Below are positions 1 to 7,805 of a stretch of DNA of 28,033 bases, in pieces. Both the position numbers and the translations under genes were made by a program. The notes beneath the pieces are model-generated. The model did not search any database and was not told the origin of the DNA. It saw nothing but the letters and a program-made list of their open reading frames with translations. Each line of letters begins with the position of its first letter. Position 1 is the first letter of the stretch. The DNA is from Pyrodictiaceae archaeon (GTDB lineage: Archaea; Thermoproteota; Thermoprotei_A; Sulfolobales; Pyrodictiaceae), in NCBI GenBank assembly GCA_027043685.1, contig JALUFI010000267.1:1-28033 (forward strand), given 5' to 3'.

Positions 1-12
1 GGGGCCTGGGGC

Positions 13-1221
13 GTGAGGGGCGGCTGGGGGTTGGAGAGGCCGCGCATCTACGTCGTCTCGGCCGAGGATGTGAAGAAGGGGTATGTGACTGATATATACT
101 TCCGGCGCACGAGGAGGATCCTCGAGGCGAAGGGTCTGTGCGATACACTGGTTAGGGCAGAGTTTCACGCCTACAGCCTCCCTAGGGGCTATGAGTGGGC
201 CGTCTTCGCGGGGCTTGAGGAGGCTCTCGCGATACTTGAGGGGCGGCGGGTAACCGTCTACGCTATCCCCGAGGGCACGTTGTTCCGTAGGCGTGAGCCA
301 TTAATGGTTGTAGAGGGGCCTTACTGTGAATTCGCCGAGCTTGAGACAGCGCTCCTCGGGGTTCTCCGCCATGAGAGCAGCATTGCGACTAAGGCTGCTC
401 GGATAAGGCTGGCTGCTGGCGATAAGACTGTGTTGTTCTTCGGGCTCCGGAGCCTTCACCCTGCGCTCGCACCGATGGCTGACCGGGCTGCCTACATAGG
501 TGGCGCGGACGGGGTGTCGGGCACCGAGGCCCCCGACTTCCTGGGATTGAAGCCCGTTGGCACGATGCCCCATGCGCTGGTGATCGTGTTCGGTGACCCC
601 AGGGAGGCCTGGCGCGCATTCGACGAGGTTGTTGAGCCCGATGTACCGAGAATTATGCTAGTTGACACGTTTTATGACGAGAGGTATGAGGCCCTGCTGG
701 CAGCCGAGACTCTGAAGGAGAAGCTGGCGGGCGTTAGGCTCGACACGCCCGGCAGCAGGAGGGGCAACATGAGGCATATAGTTGAGGAGGTTAGGTGGAC
801 GCTCGATCTACACGGCTACCGGCATGTAAAGATAATCGTGAGCGGCGGCCTCGACGAGGAGCAGGTGGCGGAGCTGCGTGACGTGGCCGACGGCTTCGGG
901 GTAGGCACCTCGATAGCTTTCCCGCCCTCCGTTGACATAAGCATGGATATAGTGGAGGTCAATAAGGGTGACGGCTGGAAACCGTTGACGAAGAGGGGCA
1001 AGCTGCCTGGCTTCAAGCAGCTATACCGCTGCGGCAAGCCCCTCCGCCACGTCGTGGTTCCCTGGGGCGCGCCGCCGCCCAGGGACTGCGAGAACCCGGA
1101 GCCGCTGCTAAGGAAGTACATCGAGGATGGACGCATAGTCGAGGAGCTTCCTGGTGTCGAGGATATTCGGCGCTACGTCCTCAGCCAGCTCAGAGACCTC
1201 GGAGGCGAGCAGCACAGCTAG
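13..1221 (+). CDS. pncB: Nicotinate phosphoribosyltransferase
   Basis: TDIYF N-terminal motif, FGLR, GTMPHAL (phospho-His site), [31 protein letters not shown]. Confidence 0.92.
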   Translation: MRGGWGLERPRIYVVSAEDVKKGYVTDIYFRRTRRILEAKGLCDTLVRAEFHAYSLPRGYEWAVFAGLEEALAILEGRRVTVYAIPEGTLFRRREPLMVVEGPYCEFAELETALLGVLRHESSIATKAARIRLAAGDKTVLFFGLRSLHPALAPMADRAAYIGGADGVSGTEAPDFLGLKPVGTMPHALVIVFGDPREAWRAFDEVVEPDVPRIMLVDTFYDERYEALLAAETLKEKLAGVRLDTPGSRRGNMRHIVEEVRWTLDLHGYRHVKIIVSGGLDEEQVAELRDVADGFGVGTSIAFPPSVDISMDIVEVNKGDGWKPLTKRGKLPGFKQLYRCGKPLRHVVVPWGAPPPRDCENPEPLLRKYIEDGRIVEELPGVEDIRRYVLSQLRDLGGEQHS

Positions 1222-2622
1222 ACGCGCAGCCGCCGCCACCGTCTCCTCCGGCTTTATCCTCGCCCCCCTGCAGCCCCCGGGACCGCAGACGAGGACACGG
1301 CAACCCTGAAAGGCACTGCCGAGGGGCACATACAGCTCCGCGCCGGCCGCGCCCCAGTCGCCGCAGGCTGCTACACAGTAGCCGCCCCTACACCGTAGAC
1401 TGAGGCCCCGGGGGCCGAGCCAGGCCTCTAACCCCTCGATGCCCTCCACGTGGAGGCGGAGCCCTGGGGGCCATAGGGGTCTCCACGACCCCGTTAAGCG
1501 GAGCACAACTATGCCTTCAATGCTGTCTACTAGCCCCGCTCCGTGGCTAATAACGACGAGCGGTATACAGCCCTCCTCCGCGGCAGGCTCAACCGATACG
1601 AGGACATGGCCCGTGGCGTGTACACCTAGCCGTCCCCTCGTGCAGGCCAGGGCGACACGGGCCTCCACGGGCTCCCCCCGATACATGAGCTGCATGAAGC
1701 CACCCTCTGGCCCGAAGCTAAGCACTAGGCGACCCCAATCATCCAAGAAACCGCCGAAACAACCACCCTGACAGCTGAGCCGCCAGGGATAGGGGATGAT
1801 GCCGCGAAGCCTGAGTATGCCCAGGAGCCGGGGAGCGCCACCCACGCCGACAACACGGGCCTCCTCTATAACAACTTCAACACCTTCCGCAGCGTCCACG
1901 CCACCGCCCTCAGGTACTACTCCATGTCCTATAATGGGTTGCAGGGAGGCCAGAGGGCAGGCAGCGGAGAGGCCGGCCAATGGAGCCTCGAGAGGACTCA
2001 GCACCGCACCCATGTAGTAGGTGAGGCCCGAGGACGAGGCTAGGCGTACAACTAGGTAAGGGTAGACGATATCTATAGGCTCGGCGGCTACGAGACCGCA
2101 TAGACGGCGGAGAAGCTCCAGGGCATCCCGGAGCCTGGGCAGAGCAACACACCCACGCCCTCCCTCCACAGTGTTAACGACACGAAGACCATCACCACAG
2201 TCCCAGGGGAACCGGGGACCCAGGCCCCCCTCCAAGACGTCAACAACATGGACTTCCCCATCGCAGTCAGCAACAACGATGCAGTGACCACAGTAGAGGA
2301 CCTCGGGCCTCCTACAAGGCCCCACCCGGGCACACCTGACCCCAGCGGGGCAGGAGACCTCAATACAGAAACCCCGGAGACCTCTCCGAGTAACCCTTAC
2401 ACTGCTCAACCCCGGGCAACGTGCAGACGCGATTATCTCGCCGCTGCAGCACCTTCCCTGGGAAGAGCCCAGGCCGAGCCTCCGGATACATACATCATAG
2501 CTCCTTGCTGCACAGAGCGGAGTAAAGGGAAGGACAACCCAGTACAGCAAACCGGCAACGGCCCAGCCGAGAACAAGCAAAGTGACTCCACGGAGGCTGT
2601 GGGCCGTAACTGTTCCAGACAC
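1108..2622 (-). CDS. Hypothetical Cys-rich protein with N-terminal hydrophobic segment
   Basis: 504-aa ORF, GTG start after GGGTGGC. Hydrophobic stretch [21 protein letters not shown] and about 26 Cys. No family recognised. The 3' end overlaps pncB antisense by 114 bp. Confidence 0.55.
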   Translation of the reverse strand: MSGTVTAHSLRGVTLLVLGWAVAGLLYWVVLPFTPLCAARSYDVCIRRLGLGSSQGRCCSGEIIASARCPGLSSVRVTRRGLRGFCIEVSCPAGVRCARVGPCRRPEVLYCGHCIVVADCDGEVHVVDVLEGGLGPRFPWDCGDGLRVVNTVEGGRGCVALPRLRDALELLRRLCGLVAAEPIDIVYPYLVVRLASSSGLTYYMGAVLSPLEAPLAGLSAACPLASLQPIIGHGVVPEGGGVDAAEGVEVVIEEARVVGVGGAPRLLGILRLRGIIPYPWRLSCQGGCFGGFLDDWGRLVLSFGPEGGFMQLMYRGEPVEARVALACTRGRLGVHATGHVLVSVEPAAEEGCIPLVVISHGAGLVDSIEGIVVLRLTGSWRPLWPPGLRLHVEGIEGLEAWLGPRGLSLRCRGGYCVAACGDWGAAGAELYVPLGSAFQGCRVLVCGPGGCRGARIKPEETVAAAARLAVLLASEVSELAEDVAPNILDTRKLLDYASILDVLP

Positions 2623-2733
2623 GCCACCCTAGACAAGCCGCCGGGAGAGAGGACACGACGAACCCGGGAAGCAGGGCTTCAGGAACAGAATCCCCTATCC
2701 CAGGGCTTGAAGAGGGCGGAGAAGTGGCGGCGG

Positions 2734-2755
2734 GGCCGCCCCTCGCGGGGCGGTT
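2734..2755 (-). terminator. GNRA-capped hairpin just 3' of tRNA-iMet (possible terminator or processing signal)
   Basis: Minus strand CCGCCCC-GCGA-GGGGCGG, core stem starting 12 nt after the tRNA CCA. Function inferred only. Confidence 0.3.
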
Positions 2756-2765
2756 GGCGGGTAGG

Positions 2766-2842
2766 TGGTAGCGGGGGGTGGAGTTGAACCACCGACCTCG
2801 GGGTTATGAGCCCCGCGGGCTACCAGGCTACCCTACCCCGCT
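2766..2842 (-). tRNA. Initiator tRNA-Met (CAT), CCA encoded
   Basis: Reverse complement AGCGGGG-TA-GGGTAGCCTGGTAGCCC-G-CGGGG-CTCATAA-CCCCG-AGGTC-GGTGG-TTCAACT-CCACC-CCCCGCT-A-CCA. A1:U72 pair and three consecutive G:C pairs in the anticodon stem are initiator hallmarks. Confidence 0.97.
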
Positions 2843-2890
2843 ATGCTACCCCGCCACAGCACGTCCATGAACCATCACCCGCAGCAAACC

Positions 2891-2900
2891 CCTAATAAGT
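2891..2900. promoter_or_regulatory. Putative bidirectional TATA element (tRNA-iMet / sRNA candidate)
   Basis: CCTAATAAGT is the main AT-rich box between tRNA-iMet (minus) and the C/D candidate that starts about 23 nt downstream on plus. Confidence 0.4.
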
Positions 2901-2920
2901 CTAACGCACCATCAGTTACA

Positions 2921-2990
2921 CGGGGATGATGTCTACACACCCTAGGAAGACCCTCGGGATGAAGCAAGTGGCCAGGGCTGACCCTCCCCG
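2921..2990 (+). ncRNA. Candidate C/D-box guide sRNA
   Basis: C-like ATGATGT 2926-2932, D'-like AAGA 2947-2950, C'-like ATGAAGC 2959-2965, 12-nt guide AAGTGGCCAGGG, D box CTGA 2978-2981. Flanks CGGGG/CCCCG can pair. Targets not recognised. Confidence 0.5.
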
Positions 2991-3056
2991 CAAAGCCGTC
3001 ACACAAGGCTCAGTGCTCCGCACAACCAGTCACCGGCCACTAGAGGCACAGCGGCC

Positions 3057-3440
3057 TCATCCCCAAAGGTCCTCATCACCGCCTATCGCCGCACCACTCT
3101 CCTCAACGACCCTCCAAAACTCTTCAATACTCCGTATAACCCTCAGCCCTTCATCGCCCAGGGCGCCCTCGAGCCGGAGAAGCTTCTCCTTGAACACGAG
3201 CCCCCTCGAGAAGCCCCCAAGCCCCTTGGCCGACACGACACGGTGACACGGCACCACTATGAGGCACTTATTCGTCCTCATGTACACACCCACAGCCCTA
3301 GGCGAGGTACCCGTTAACCCGGCGAGCACGCCATAGGTGACCGTGTAGCCCGGCGGGACGAGGGATAACAGGAGGTAGACAAGCCAGCGCCGCCCCCGGG
3401 GAGCCCGGAGCCCCTCAAAGCAGCCACGCAGCTCCTCCAG
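3057..3440 (-). CDS. ogt: Methylated-DNA--protein-cysteine methyltransferase (start uncertain, proposed CTG at 3440)
   Basis: PCHRVV active site, SPRAVG, GLGGFS. The conserved VYLLLSLVPPGYTVTYG segment lies in frame upstream of the first canonical start (GTG 3329). The frame is open to 3488. Confidence 0.85.
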   Translation of the reverse strand: MEELRGCFEGLRAPRGRRWLVYLLLSLVPPGYTVTYGVLAGLTGTSPRAVGVYMRTNKCLIVVPCHRVVSAKGLGGFSRGLVFKEKLLRLEGALGDEGLRVIRSIEEFWRVVEESGAAIGGDEDLWG

Positions 3441-3484
3441 GCCAGCGCCACCCAGGAGGCTCCGGGGACGCGTAACGCGCTGGC

Positions 3485-3492
3485 TTAATTAA
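3485..3492. promoter_or_regulatory. Palindromic TATA box shared by divergent ogt and taw1
   Basis: TTAATTAA in GC-rich context, 35 nt before the taw1 GTG and 44 nt before the proposed ogt start. Confidence 0.6.
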
Positions 3493-3527
3493 CGCGGGTA
3501 CGCGTCGCCCCCTACGCCAAGCCCGGG

Positions 3528-4682
3528 GTGCGCCTAGTAGTGGCAACGCTAGACTTCAAGCCTAGGACTGTACGCGGGAAGCCCTGGAAGCTCCGCATAG
3601 ACGACTTCCCCGAGCCCTATCGCACGCTCTACAAGATACTCCAGAAGCAGGGCTACATAATCGTCGGCAGGCACAGTGTCGTCAAGAAGTGCCACTGGAC
3701 CCATGCAGCCATTGTTGAGAGGAGGTTCTGCTACAAGTGTAAGTTCTACGGCATAGCGAGCCACCGCGACGTCCAGATGAGCCCATCAGCCCTCTGGTGC
3801 TGGAATGCCTGCCTCCACTGCTGGAGGCTAAGGCCAACCGACCAGCTGAAATGGGATGACACAAAGATACCCTGGGTAGACGACCCAGAGCTGATAGCAG
3901 AGGGCAGCATAGAGGCCCACCGAGAGAGCCTCATGGGCTACTGGGGCCACCCACGTGCAGACAAGAAGCTACTAGAGGAGGCAATGAACCCCAAGCACGT
4001 AGCCATAAGCCTCACAGGCGAGCCAACCCTCTACCCCCGCCTAGGCGAGCTGATACAGGAGTACCACAAGCGCGGCATGACAACCTTCCTCGTAACACGC
4101 GGCGTTAGGCCCGACGTGCTCGCGAACCTAGAAGAGGAGCCCTCACAGCTCTACATAAGCATTGAGGCCTGGGACAAGAAGAGCTACAACTACTTCACAC
4201 GCCCACTCGTCCCCCGGGCATGGGAGCTAACACTCGAGACGCTCGAGATGCTGCCAAGCTTCTCAAGCCCAACAGTGATACGCTTCACCCTAGTAAGGAG
4301 CTTCAACATGCACGAAGAGGCGCTGAAAGCCTGGGCCAAGATGGTCGAGGTGGCTCAGCCCACCTACATAGAGTTCAAGTCCTACATGCACGTCGGCGCA
4401 GCCAGGCACAGGCTAAGCAGGAACGACATGCTGAAGCACCTAGAGGTGCTCGACTTCGCTAGGAAATTCGCAGAGATGACCGGCTACAATATACTATCAC
4501 AGCAGGTCGAGAGCCGCGTAGTCCTCCTATCAAGGCTAGACAAGCCCATCATACTCGGAGAAGGCTGCCCAGGCGAGTGGAGGAAGGAGCAGGAACGCAT
4601 AGAGGCCATGCTGGACCTGCTCCGCCGCGGCTCAGACATAGACGAGACAGAGTACCGCATGGTGCTCGAGCAGAAGATCTAG
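3528..4682 (+). CDS. taw1: 4-demethylwyosine synthase Taw1/TYW1 (radical SAM)
   Basis: HSVVKKCHW, CYK (Schiff-base Lys), QMSP, CWNACLHC (CxxxCxxC), HVAISLTGEPTLYP, YIEFKSYMHVG. Confidence 0.93.
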   Translation: MRLVVATLDFKPRTVRGKPWKLRIDDFPEPYRTLYKILQKQGYIIVGRHSVVKKCHWTHAAIVERRFCYKCKFYGIASHRDVQMSPSALWCWNACLHCWRLRPTDQLKWDDTKIPWVDDPELIAEGSIEAHRESLMGYWGHPRADKKLLEEAMNPKHVAISLTGEPTLYPRLGELIQEYHKRGMTTFLVTRGVRPDVLANLEEEPSQLYISIEAWDKKSYNYFTRPLVPRAWELTLETLEMLPSFSSPTVIRFTLVRSFNMHEEALKAWAKMVEVAQPTYIEFKSYMHVGAARHRLSRNDMLKHLEVLDFARKFAEMTGYNILSQQVESRVVLLSRLDKPIILGEGCPGEWRKEQERIEAMLDLLRRGSDIDETEYRMVLEQKI

Positions 4683-4683
4683 C

Positions 4684-5466
4684 CTAACCCTGGTTCCGTT
4701 CCTCCTCCTTTTCCTTGCTGCCGGTCTCCCTGCCCCGAAGCCCATACCGGACGATTATGTCGTAGAGCCGCCTAGCCTTGCGCGTATAGAGCCGCAGGGG
4801 CTGAGACGACCTCGGAAGCCTAATCTCGACGTAGCCGGCCTGCTCGTTCAATCTAACCTCAGTGCCCTCGGGCAGCGGGAACCCTATCACCTGGCCAAGA
4901 CCACCCTTAATCACTATGCCTTTATCGGTTATCTTGAACCCCGCCGGCACCATTGGGGCAAGCTGCTGGCCCCTGCCCGTCGTGAAGAGCCTCACAGCCT
5001 GGTTGAGGAGGAAGAGCACCTCAAACACTATGAGCCACACTATGAAGGCGGCTACGCGTTCATCGCTTATGCCCAGATGTTTACTCAGCAGCTCTGAGAC
5101 ACTTGGCTGCAGCACCGCAGCTTCGCGGAAGATTACTATGTAGATTGGGAGGAGGAGAAGAGGTACAAGCATCGCCTTAGCCTGCCTAGACATCGCATTC
5201 ACGTACTCCTCGTCGTTCAAAGCAAGCTCAAACGACTTATCTTCCTTCAGAAGCGTCCTTGCACGCTCAATCTCCTCCCTAGTGACCCTGGCTCCACCCG
5301 CTCTCCTGGATTTATGGAAGCTTATACCGAAAATTAATGCAAAATATGCTATAATTGCTACGAGATAGAGGCGAGGAGCCACCGCTAGGACAAGCGCCAA
5401 CACAACCATAAACAACTGGCCCAGCAACATCATCATGCGCTCGTTACCAGTACCCATCAAAGCCAT
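4684..5466 (-). CDS. DUF2208-like crenarchaeal membrane protein
   Basis: 260 aa, two N-terminal and two central TM segments, C-terminal beta-rich domain (FKITDKGIVIK...IGFPL). Family call from recalled resemblance. Confidence 0.7.
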   Translation of the reverse strand: MALMGTGNERMMMLLGQLFMVVLALVLAVAPRLYLVAIIAYFALIFGISFHKSRRAGGARVTREEIERARTLLKEDKSFELALNDEEYVNAMSRQAKAMLVPLLLLPIYIVIFREAAVLQPSVSELLSKHLGISDERVAAFIVWLIVFEVLFLLNQAVRLFTTGRGQQLAPMVPAGFKITDKGIVIKGGLGQVIGFPLPEGTEVRLNEQAGYVEIRLPRSSQPLRLYTRKARRLYDIIVRYGLRGRETGSKEKEEERNQG

Positions 5467-5990
5467 ACCCGCCCAAGAGGGTGTAGGCTCGCTAAGCCCG
5501 GAAAGGGGTTAAGGGAATAACGGCACCAAGAGGGAAAAGGAAGCAGGAGCACGAGCAGGGACCCCAGGACCGGATACACCCCATCTCGGGAGGCCCCGCC
5601 CAGGCGCGGATGAGGATCAGAGCCGGGCCGAGCCCCCGCAGCCCCGCCGAGAAGCCCCTCCGAGGAGGGAGGTGAAGAGGAACCCCCGGTGGATCCGCAT
5701 GCCCCTCCCGGTATTGGGAGGGGCGTTGAGGAGGGCGTCCTACGCGGATCCGCGTCGTAAGGAGGGGTGTGGAGACGGGGCCGCGGGGCGTTGAGGAGCA
5801 TGGCTGAGCGCCGACGCCCATTCCTTCAACGCGACTCTGCGGGAAGCCGTGGGAACGCGTGACGGCGGCGCCTCGGCCGTGGACGGGCCCTAGCATCCTC
5901 CCCTCGGCGCCATGAGCGGCGCCTCCTCGGGGATGCTACTAGGCCTGCGTGTAACCTCATCGGCGCCTCCACTACCCTTCCCGGGGTGGG

Positions 5991-6006
5991 GAGGAAACCC
6001 TATAAG
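5991..6006 (+). promoter_or_regulatory. BRE/TATA promoter of tRNA-Thr
   Basis: GAGGAAACCC-TATAAG, purine-rich BRE-like element plus TATA, 35 nt upstream of the mature tRNA 5' end. Confidence 0.65.
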
Positions 6007-6041
6007 CCTGCAAGCAGGTGAGGGCCACCTTCATGGAGTGT

Positions 6042-6151
6042 GCCGCCGTAGCTCAGCGGGCAGAGCACCGGCCTCGTAAGCACACCGCGCCGGTGTCCGC
6101 GGGTTCCGAGGGAGCCGGGGGTCCCGGGTTCAAATCCCGGCGGCGGCTCCA
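6042..6151 (+). tRNA. tRNA-Thr (CGT) with intron at 37/38, CCA encoded
   Basis: GCCGCCG-TA-GCTCAGCGGGCAGAGC-A-CCGGC-CTCGTA-[intron]-A-GCCGG-GGGTC-CCGGG-TTCAAAT-CCCGG-CGGCGGC-T-CCA. U73 discriminator fits archaeal Thr. Confidence 0.95.
6079..6112 (+). other. 34-nt tRNA intron with bulge-helix-bulge
   Basis: CTCG (6073-6076) pairs with CGAG (6107-6110). Bulges TA/A and GG/A. Internal hairpin ACACCG-CGC-CGGTGT. Confidence 0.9.
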
Positions 6152-6284
6152 CGCTGCGGGCCTTCAACCTCCCCGCCCACTCCCTCCAAGCCCGCCACTT
6201 CTGCTCAACCAGCCCACGCGCAGCGGGGCAAGGGGGGAAGAATAGCAGTTAGAGGGACGCCGGGACTGCGCAGACGATTCACAA

Positions 6285-6356
6285 GGGGGCCGTGAGGATA
6301 GTCATGCCTGCTGACGCGGGCGTGATGCAGCTACACCCTGGGGTAGCCGAGCCCCC
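6285..6356 (+). ncRNA. C/D-box guide sRNA, probably a dual guide for 23S rRNA near the peptidyl-transferase loop
   Basis: Terminal stem GGGGGC/GCCCCC. C GTGAGGA 6292-6298, guide TAGTCATGCCTG, D' CTGA 6311-6314, C' GTGATGC 6322-6328, guide CCCTGGGGTAG, D CCGA 6347-6350. The second guide is antisense to the YUACCCCRGGG(AUAACAG) rRNA segment recalled from memory. Confidence 0.8.
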
Positions 6357-6407
6357 TCTCCTAAAAGGGGCTAACCGTGGCTGTCCTCCGCCCCTGGGCG
6401 TCCTGGC

Positions 6408-7802
6408 ATGGAGCCATGGGGCTACTTATCGCGCTGGGTGCCGGGCGTAACGCGTAGAAAGGAGATGCTGGAGCGCATCGGCGTCTCGGACGTGATGGAG
6501 CTATACAGCGATGTTCCCCGTGAACTCATTCTCCCCGAGCCGCCCCGCGTCGGGTATGGGAGGCCGCTGAGCGAGGAGGAGGTTCGGAGGGTACTCGACG
6601 AAGTCTTGTCGAGGAACACGGTGTACCGCGCGCCTCCGCCCTTCACCGGGGGTGGTTGGTGCCCGCACCATGTCCCCGCGGCTGTACGCTACATTGTTGA
6701 GCGCGGCGAGTTCCTCACCGCCTACACGCCCTACCAGGCGGAGATCAACCAGGGGCTTCTCCAGGCCCTCTTCGAATACCAGAGCTTGATAGCCGACCTC
6801 ACCGAGCTGGAGGTAGTGAATGCATCAATGTACGACGGCAGCACCGCCACAGCCGAGGCGGCCTTGATGGCTATGAGGGTTACTAGGCGGAGGAAGGTGG
6901 TGGTCTCCGGCGGCCTCCACCCGGAGTACCTTGAGGTTCTCCGTACCTGGCTGCAGGGCAAGGGCGCCGAGATACGCGTAGCCGACATTGATGTTGAGAG
7001 CGGCGTGACGAGCACCGAGGCCCTCAGCAGCCTAGTCGACGGGAACACTGCAGCTGTGATAGTATCGTCTCCGAACTTCTACGGAGTCTTCGAGGACGTG
7101 GAGGCCGCCGCCGATACTGCCCACAAGCATGGGGCGCTCCTCGTCCAGGTGTTTGAGCCGCTCAGCCTCGGCCTTGTCAAGCCACCGGGGAGGCTCGGGG
7201 CCGACATAGCGGTTGCTGAGGGCCAGCCCCTGGGCCTCGGCCTAAACTACGGCGGCCCCGGCCTCGGGGTCTTCGCTGTCCGCTGGGACCGGAGGCTCCT
7301 CCGCCAGCTCCCCGGCCGCCTGATAGGCATGACGCGGGACGCGGAAGGAAGAAGGGCCTTCACAATGATTCTCCAGGCGAGAGAGCAACACATTAGGCGG
7401 GAGAAGGCCACCTCGAACATAACCACCAACGAGGCCTTGATGGCGATAGCGGCTGCCGCGTATCTCTCGTTCCTCGGGGGCGAGGGGCTCCGGGAGCTTG
7501 CGAGAAGCATATGGCTCCGGAGCCACTACGCGGCACGAAGGCTGAGCGAGGAAGGCGTAGAGGCGCCCATCTTCAGCGGCGAGTTCTTTAAGGAGTTCAC
7601 CGCCAGGTTCCCGGCCCCCTACCGCCGCGTCCACGAGGAGCTGAAGCGCCGCGGCATAATGGGCGGCCTCGCCCTGGAGCGCTACGGGATGGACCCGCGG
7701 CTCGCGCTCTTCTGCGTAACCGAGCTACACAGCAAGAGGGACATAGACTCACTGGCCTCCGCCGTTGCCGAGGCTCTGAAGATTACCGAGAGAGGTGGCT
7801 AG
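6408..7802 (+). CDS. gcvPA: Glycine cleavage system P protein subunit 1
   Basis: EFLTAYTPYQAEINQGLLQALFEYQ, NASMYDGSTATAEA, LNYGGPGLG, REQHIRREKATSNITTN. Confidence 0.96.
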   Translation: MEPWGYLSRWVPGVTRRKEMLERIGVSDVMELYSDVPRELILPEPPRVGYGRPLSEEEVRRVLDEVLSRNTVYRAPPPFTGGGWCPHHVPAAVRYIVERGEFLTAYTPYQAEINQGLLQALFEYQSLIADLTELEVVNASMYDGSTATAEAALMAMRVTRRRKVVVSGGLHPEYLEVLRTWLQGKGAEIRVADIDVESGVTSTEALSSLVDGNTAAVIVSSPNFYGVFEDVEAAADTAHKHGALLVQVFEPLSLGLVKPPGRLGADIAVAEGQPLGLGLNYGGPGLGVFAVRWDRRLLRQLPGRLIGMTRDAEGRRAFTMILQAREQHIRREKATSNITTNEALMAIAAAAYLSFLGGEGLRELARSIWLRSHYAARRLSEEGVEAPIFSGEFFKEFTARFPAPYRRVHEELKRRGIMGGLALERYGMDPRLALFCVTELHSKRDIDSLASAVAEALKITERGG

Positions 7803-7805
7803 GCC

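Noticed and set aside
5655-5800. CRISPR-like array from recurring GAGGAG words about 65 bp apart
   Set aside because: Only two 14-bp copies, far too short for CRISPR repeats. No leader or cas genes.
5457-5896. ORFs 5457-5801 and 5492-5896 on minus
   Set aside because: Low-complexity Pro/Gly/Arg translation with no family motifs. Region reported as unexplained instead.
5500-5990. RNase P or SRP RNA
   Set aside because: No GAGGAAA(G/C)UCC plus AACAGAA...GGCUUA pairing and no SRP helix-8 GCCAGG-CCCGGAAGGG-AGCAG motif.
2766-6151. Integrated element at either tRNA 3' end
   Set aside because: No integrase and no duplicated tRNA 3' half (att site) seen in the window.
6152-6407. Glycine riboswitch upstream of gcvPA
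   Set aside because: No GGAGA/CCGAAG/CUCUCAGG-type consensus. The C/D sRNA explains the structure better.
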